DNA of 22,035 nucleotides from a virus: UHGV virus genome UHGV-0200595; one strand, 5' to 3'. Shown piece by piece: positions 16,620 to 22,035 of this stretch (position 1 is its first letter; each line of letters starts with the position of its first letter). The notes under the pieces were generated by a model. It saw only the letters and a program-made list of their open reading frames with translations, ran no database searches and was not told where the DNA came from. The position numbers and the translations under genes were made by a program.

Positions 16620-17071
16620 TTTTATTCACGCCAACAAGAAATATCGACCTTATCGAAGCGGTCGGAAACCACAAGGACATTATTGCCGGAAGTAACAATG
16701 GTGACGGGTTCGACTACAGACCGGAGTGCCAGTACTTTGAAGTGAATGTACACGGACGGTTCGGCGGCATTGTTTACTATCAGGAGATTCAGCCGCAGAC
16801 CTTTGAATGTCACGCTATGTACCTGCCGGAGATTCGCGGATTCAGTAAGGATATTGGGCTGGCATTCTGGCGATACATTCTCACTCATACGACCGTCCAG
16901 TGTGTCACATCATTTGCTGCACGCAAATTTCGTCATGGCCAGATGTACTGCGCAATGGTTGGCCTTAATCGTGTCGGAACCATCAGGAAATACTTCAAAG
17001 GCGTGGACGATGTGACGTTTTACAGCGCCACACGTGAAGAACTAACCGACTTCCTGCATCACGGGAGATAA
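16616..17071 (+). CDS. P22 gp14-like head assembly/ejection-associated protein (151 aa)
   Basis: Synteny (between gp26 and gp7 homologues), translational coupling; sequence similarity not verified. Confidence 0.55.
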   Translation: MILFTPTRNIDLIEAVGNHKDIIAGSNNGDGFDYRPECQYFEVNVHGRFGGIVYYQEIQPQTFECHAMYLPEIRGFSKDIGLAFWRYILTHTTVQCVTSFAARKFRHGQMYCAMVGLNRVGTIRKYFKGVDDVTFYSATREELTDFLHHGR

Positions 17072-17073
17072 CC

Positions 17074-17763
17074 ATGTTATATGCATTTAAGCTGGGCAGG
17101 AAACTGCGCGGCGAGGAGCCCTTTTGCCCTGAAGGAGGCGGCGGCAAAGGTGGTGACAAGGGGGCAAAAGAGGCTGCAAAGGCTCAGAAATATGCGGCTG
17201 ATCTCCAGCACAAGCAGTGGCAGACGGTTATGAACAACCTGAAGCCCTTTACGCCACTTGCCGGAAAATACATCCCCATGCTGGAAGGGCTGAGCACCCT
17301 GGAAGGACAGGAAAAGGCGCTCAACGATTACTTCAACTCAGATATGTTCAAAAACTTAGCCAGCCAGTCACGGTATCAGACGCTGGCATCAGCTGAGGCT
17401 AATGGCAGCCTTGGTTCAACGGCCACGGGCAATCAGTTGGCGTTTATTGCCCCCTCTCTGGGTCAGTCCTGGCTGTCAGACCAGATGAACAATTACAACA
17501 ACCTGGCAAATATTGGTCTGGGTGCGCTTCAGGGGCAGGCAAACGCCGGGCAGACGTACGCCAATAACATGAGCCAGATTGCTCAGCAAAGTGCGGCGCT
17601 CGCAGCAGCGAATGGTAACAGGCCTTCCGGTTTTCAGTCGGCAATAGGCGGGGCTGCTTCGGGTGCGATGCTTGGCGGCGGTATTGCAAATTTAATTGGC
17701 TCATCAACTCCCTGGGGGGCCGGGATTGGTGCAGGTTTAGGTTTATTGGGGAGCTTATTCTAA
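17074..17763 (+). CDS. Ejection (internal virion) protein, P22 gp7-like (229 aa)
   Basis: Synteny and length as recalled for P22 gp7; Gly-rich C-terminus. Confidence 0.7.
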   Translation: MLYAFKLGRKLRGEEPFCPEGGGGKGGDKGAKEAAKAQKYAADLQHKQWQTVMNNLKPFTPLAGKYIPMLEGLSTLEGQEKALNDYFNSDMFKNLASQSRYQTLASAEANGSLGSTATGNQLAFIAPSLGQSWLSDQMNNYNNLANIGLGALQGQANAGQTYANNMSQIAQQSAALAAANGNRPSGFQSAIGGAASGAMLGGGIANLIGSSTPWGAGIGAGLGLLGSLF

Positions 17764-19124
17764 TGGCAACGTGGCAACAGGGTATTAATTCTGGAGGGCT
17801 TCTGGCTGGCATTGGCGCGCAAAATGAGAACGCACCAAGGGCAAGTGACATTAACGCAACTCTTGGCCTGATTCGCGAGAACAACGAGTTAGCACGCTCA
17901 GGGGCAAACAATGTGGCTCTGACAGGGCTGCGTGGTCTGGCTGGCGTCGCTGATATTTATCAGCAGGAGCAGCAGAAACAACGTAAGGCGGCATTCCAGA
18001 AAGGCTATGCGGATGCTTATGCGTCCGGCGACAGAGAGAAGATGCGTAATCTTGTTACTGAGTTTCCTGAGGAGTTTGAGGAAGTCCGTAAAGGAATGGG
18101 GTATGTCGATGATGCTCAGAGGGATGATTTTGGCAATCTGGCGCTTAGAGCACAGGTAGCCTCTTCGCTCGGGCCGGGCGCATTTGGCAAATTCATGATA
18201 GACAATGAGAAGGAAATGCGCCGCCTCGGTGTTCCGCCAGAAATCATCGCTGACATGCATGTTAATGACCCGCAGGGCTTCCAGCAGTTCGCTGGCAATA
18301 TGGCGCTGTTTTCTCTCGGTCATGAGAAGTACTTTGATATCAAAGACAAAATGGAAGGGCGAAACCTTGAGCGTCGGGGACAGGATATCACCATGCGTGG
18401 CCAGACGCTTTCCCATAACGCGATGATGGCCCAACTAAATCACGACAAATTCATTAATAAAAAATCTCTGGCAGAAATTCAGCGTGCCGGTGGCCTGAAT
18501 GAAATGGACGTGCACACATTAAATTCTCAGATAGCGTCTACCGGCTTTGACCCACTGACAGGGAAATCTGCGACAGGCGCACGAATGGGGCAGGCGAGAA
18601 AATGGTTAGAAGGCAATGATGCTTTCAACGAGGCATTGATAACAGGTGAGCGAGGAATAGAGAAGATAGACAAAATCCTCGACCAGCCTGAGCTTGACGG
18701 TGTCGGTAAATTCAGCGGTCGGATGCCCGATATTGCAACCTCCGAGGATGGATTATCCAACCGCAACATAATCGAAGAGTTGAAGTCCAGCGCGTTTGTT
18801 CAGAACGTGCAAACCCTCAGAGGCATGGGGGCGCTTTCTAACGCCGAAGGCCAGAAACTGGAAAATCTCATCGCCAGACTGGATATAACCCAGCCAGAAG
18901 CAGTGGTCAGGAAACAGCTAGCCGAAATCCGTGAGCAGTATGCTGTCTTACAAGCCGTTGCGGAAAAAGAATCTGAGTCAATGGGCTACAAATCCTCCGG
19001 CTACGACACATACGTATTGGAGCGGGCGGCTCGGAGAGCCGAACGTCAGCCACAGGGCACCGCGAAGGTGGGGCAGCAGCAAACCACTACTGGCAGCAAC
19101 TTTTCTTCACTATGGGGTGATTAA
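17763..19124 (+). CDS. Ejection protein, P22 gp20-like (453 aa)
   Basis: Synteny and size; overlapping stop/start (TAATG) with neighbours. Confidence 0.7.
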   Translation: MATWQQGINSGGLLAGIGAQNENAPRASDINATLGLIRENNELARSGANNVALTGLRGLAGVADIYQQEQQKQRKAAFQKGYADAYASGDREKMRNLVTEFPEEFEEVRKGMGYVDDAQRDDFGNLALRAQVASSLGPGAFGKFMIDNEKEMRRLGVPPEIIADMHVNDPQGFQQFAGNMALFSLGHEKYFDIKDKMEGRNLERRGQDITMRGQTLSHNAMMAQLNHDKFINKKSLAEIQRAGGLNEMDVHTLNSQIASTGFDPLTGKSATGARMGQARKWLEGNDAFNEALITGERGIEKIDKILDQPELDGVGKFSGRMPDIATSEDGLSNRNIIEELKSSAFVQNVQTLRGMGALSNAEGQKLENLIARLDITQPEAVVRKQLAEIREQYAVLQAVAEKESESMGYKSSGYDTYVLERAARRAERQPQGTAKVGQQQTTTGSNFSSLWGD

Positions 19125-21292
19125 TGGCTAAAGCATGGAAAGATGTTATCGCCTCTCCACAGTATCAGGTGTTAGCACCAGAACAAAAAGTACAGGCTCA
19201 AGCGCAATATTTTGATGAGGTTGTTGCCCCTAAGGCTGGTGATAAATGGGCTGAAGCAAGAGAGCAGTTTTATGCTGCATACCCTCCGCCGCCGCAGCAG
19301 AAAGAAGAACCATCATTGATGCAACAAGCTGGCGATTGGCTCACAGGTGGTCAAAGTGCAGGGCAAATAGCAGAGCAGGCTGCTCGTGGTCTGGTAAACA
19401 TACCTTTCGATGTATTGCAGGGCGGAGCTAGCCTGATTAACGCGCTTAGTCAGGGGCTTGGCGGACCAAAGGTTTTGGATGATATTTATCGTCCTGTGGA
19501 GCGACCGACAGACCCTTATGCTCAGGCTGGAGAAACAATTGGTGGGTATCTTCTGCCAATTAGTACGGCTGCCAAAGCTGCTGGTGCGTCGGCAAAACTC
19601 GCAGGTGATATTGGTTCTGCTGGCAATATGATTGTTGGTTCGCTTGCCGAAGCAGCTAATCAGGATGGGGATTTTGCGCAAAATGCAGCCATTAACGGTG
19701 GTATCAACTTTGGGGTTCAGGGCGTGTTGTCGGGTGCAGGAAGGCTGATGTCTTCTAGGTCACCCCAAATGCTTGGTTCTGGTGCAATAAAGTCTGCGGC
19801 GGATGTGTCGAGAATGGCAAAGTCTGGCTCAGGAAGGGAACTCATTGCCAGTCAGGCTGCTAATGTATCCGATGATGTAGCAAAAGCCGCAGAGGCAACT
19901 GGAGTAGATATCAACGTATTAACGCCGGGCATGAGATCAGGCAGCCGTGGCCTTGCTCAGGCGGAAGGGATTCTGGCATCAAAGCCTGGTATTACACAGG
20001 ATGCACACACCAGAGCATTCAGTGAAATAGAGTCGAAATTTAACTCTGCTCTGGATGGGCTTGGGGCTGAAGCAGGAACCGCATCAGAGAAAAGTGCAGC
20101 GATAAAACAACGAGTTCTGGCTGGCATTGACAGCATGAAGGCTTCTGAAAAGGCAGCATGGGCTGACGTTCGTTCAACGATGCCAGATGCAAAGGCCAGA
20201 ATGTCAAATCTCAACGCAATAATTCAGGGAGATATCGTTGCAGGTCTGCCGATCACTCCTGAGATGAGGCAATTCGCGTCAGCTTATGCTAAATCAGGTA
20301 AAAATGGCATCACCTTTGACGCAATGAAGACATGGAGAGGTAAGCTGGCTGATGCCGAGCAGAAGTATATAAGGTCGGGTGAGGCTGATACGGCCAGACG
20401 CATGGCAGAGCTTCGAGACGCTGCAACAGAAGACATGCGCATGATAGCTCAAAAAGGTGGCTTCATTGACCAATGGAACGCTGCTAATGACTTATCTAAA
20501 GCACGATTTGCAGCGCAGCGGCAGGCAGAGACAGCTCTTGGTAAAGACCTTGCAACCGATCAGTTGATAACTAATGGTGCAAAAGCGTTACAGAACTCAG
20601 CAAAAAGTGGAGCAGGTCAGTTTCATAAGATAATTGGTGCGTTACCTGAGTCGGAGCGCGCGCCAGCAATTGCATCAATATTACAGGATGCAGTGTCGCA
20701 AGGGGGGCGTGGAGGTAAATCTGAAGGTGCTGGGATTAAACATATCGCGACTATTCTTACTCCGCAAAACGTGAAGGCAATTAGTCGATATTCTCCTGAA
20801 CTTGGCAGAATTGCCAAGGCGTATGGAGAGCTTGCAAGAGCTGCAACGAAACCACTCCGATATGTTGAACAAACAGGGCGATCTATGCCAGCCATTAGTA
20901 CCCTTGAGAACGGTCTTCATCCAGTTTTCGTGAGTGCATTGTCTGGTGCTTTTCGAATTGCGGGGGCGTTTACAGGATTTTCTGGTGGTGGGGTATTGGG
21001 GGCAATAGCAGGAGGGGCCGCAGGTGGCGCTCTTGACGCCATGTCAAAAGCTGCAATAACTAAATTATCTGCAACCAGAAGCGGTCAATACGCTATTGAA
21101 AAAGCAGTTCAGGAAGCTACAAAGGCAGTCAAGGTTGGTGCAAGCAGTGGAGCTTTAGCGGATGCGGAGCGCAGATTTATGGCAAACAAAGCAGCCGTAA
21201 AAGCAATCCGTGATGCTATTGGTAACGATGAATTTCAACGCTTAGCGAGGGGCGGTATAGTGGCATCACTAAGCGGAATGGTGCAGGAATGA
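19124..21292 (+). CDS. Ejection protein, P22 gp16-like (722 aa), Ala/Gly-rich
   Basis: Synteny as last gene of ejection-protein block; low-complexity Ala/Gly-rich composition; longer than P22 gp16 as I recall it. Confidence 0.65.
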   Translation: MAKAWKDVIASPQYQVLAPEQKVQAQAQYFDEVVAPKAGDKWAEAREQFYAAYPPPPQQKEEPSLMQQAGDWLTGGQSAGQIAEQAARGLVNIPFDVLQGGASLINALSQGLGGPKVLDDIYRPVERPTDPYAQAGETIGGYLLPISTAAKAAGASAKLAGDIGSAGNMIVGSLAEAANQDGDFAQNAAINGGINFGVQGVLSGAGRLMSSRSPQMLGSGAIKSAADVSRMAKSGSGRELIASQAANVSDDVAKAAEATGVDINVLTPGMRSGSRGLAQAEGILASKPGITQDAHTRAFSEIESKFNSALDGLGAEAGTASEKSAAIKQRVLAGIDSMKASEKAAWADVRSTMPDAKARMSNLNAIIQGDIVAGLPITPEMRQFASAYAKSGKNGITFDAMKTWRGKLADAEQKYIRSGEADTARRMAELRDAATEDMRMIAQKGGFIDQWNAANDLSKARFAAQRQAETALGKDLATDQLITNGAKALQNSAKSGAGQFHKIIGALPESERAPAIASILQDAVSQGGRGGKSEGAGIKHIATILTPQNVKAISRYSPELGRIAKAYGELARAATKPLRYVEQTGRSMPAISTLENGLHPVFVSALSGAFRIAGAFTGFSGGGVLGAIAGGAAGGALDAMSKAAITKLSATRSGQYAIEKAVQEATKAVKVGASSGALADAERRFMANKAAVKAIRDAIGNDEFQRLARGGIVASLSGMVQE

Positions 21293-21622
21293 TTAGTTAC
21301 CCACGGATGAATTGAGCTTATTTCTGGTAGATGTGGCAATTTTCCCAACATTTTTTAACCAAGATCTTAAGAAAGAGATCTCGTCTTTAATATCATGAAT
21401 ATCCTCACTCTTTATACGATCAAGCTTGCCCTCTAGGCACTCGATAGAACTCTCAACACTAGACAGCGACATTCTTAAATCGTCTTGATCACGCTCCATA
21501 GAGTATTTTAGCGCCCAATGTTCGTTTTCTAGGTCCTTTATTTTTTGGGTTATGGAGTTCATCTGATAGTCATGTACAAACCCGGAAATAATTAACGCAA
21601 CTAAGCATAACCATTCAAACAC
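21293..21622 (-). CDS. Moron-encoded small membrane-anchored coiled-coil protein (about 109 aa from GTG); candidate superinfection-exclusion/defence protein
   Basis: Reverse strand in an AT-rich island; AAGGAG SD 6 nt before GTG (complement of 21620-21622); N-terminal TM helix then heptad-like charged region; ATG at 21667 has no SD. Confidence 0.5.
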   Translation of the reverse strand: MFEWLCLVALIISGFVHDYQMNSITQKIKDLENEHWALKYSMERDQDDLRMSLSSVESSIECLEGKLDRIKSEDIHDIKDEISFLRSWLKNVGKIATSTRNKLNSSVGN

Positions 21623-21665
21623 ACAAATCTCCTTATTTTTCCTTACTCTACCATGAGGATATGCC

Positions 21666-21923
21666 ATGATTTACCCATCAAACTACCCACCAGTTTGCTT
21701 CTCTGGATACGAGCCTTGCAGTTTTTATGGAATTAATTACCCCATGCTCAAGAGCCTCGTTAGCATCCAAAATGGTCGAGTCTGCTATCAAGGATGCCCA
21801 CCTAACATTAGGTCCAATGTCGATATTGAACGTCTCAATGAAGCGATCAAGATCGTTATCGAGGCATTTCCCATACTCTCGCAGCCTGGCATGGTCGGCG
21901 GCTGGGGTGGAAAAGCCTCATGA
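21666..21923 (+). CDS. Hypothetical small Cys-containing protein (85 aa)
   Basis: GAGGA SD 6 nt before ATG; overlapping alternative ORF 21727..21993 makes the coding frame uncertain. Confidence 0.3.
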   Translation: MIYPSNYPPVCFSGYEPCSFYGINYPMLKSLVSIQNGRVCYQGCPPNIRSNVDIERLNEAIKIVIEAFPILSQPGMVGGWGGKAS

Positions 21924-22035
21924 TAACCGGGCAGATCCTATGGGCAAAACGGAGGGAAAGTTTGTGCTTTTTGTGCAGTGTCTGACGAGGTAGTTAGCAG
22001 GGCTTCGTCAGTGAATGATGATTTGTGATGCGGAT

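Noticed and set aside
17898-18434. 178-aa reverse-strand ORF
   Set aside because: Inside the gp20-like gene on the opposite strand; no independent signals
21623-21667. ATG start at 21667 for the reverse-strand moron gene
   Set aside because: It would place two divergent start codons on the same nucleotides and has no SD; AAGGAG-6-GTG at 21622 is a better start, though this remains uncertain
21727-21993. 88-aa + strand ORF overlapping 21666..21923 in another frame
   Set aside because: No clear SD and it overlaps a better-supported ORF; both are low confidence and only one is kept as a feature

Overview
This window reads as the late region of a mosaic temperate enterobacterial prophage, almost all on the + strand. 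All calls are from reading the sequence and from recalled protein families; no database search was run. Order: a LexA-box promoter region and a small unknown ORF; a lambdoid nin-like block (DUF1367-like, DUF1364/YbcO-like, Q-type antiterminator) followed by a PR'-like promoter and short-transcript terminator; a moron slot holding a truncated DNA methyltransferase remnant and a reverse-strand hicAB toxin-antitoxin pair with a repeat operator; a non-canonical lysis cassette (two holin-like membrane proteins, GH108-type endolysin, lone lipoprotein, no i-spanin found); a translationally coupled ParB-N-domain protein plus GT-A-like soluble protein; a large small-terminase with a zinc-ribbon-like motif; then a P22-like podovirus morphogenetic module (terminase large subunit, portal, scaffold, coat, gp4, gp10, gp26, gp14, gp7, gp20, gp16). 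The window ends in an AT-rich moron locus where P22 carries sieA/immI. The most promising candidate for an undescribed system is the ParB-like/GT-A-like pair at 5056..6775, with the reverse-strand membrane/coiled-coil moron at 21293..21622 second.
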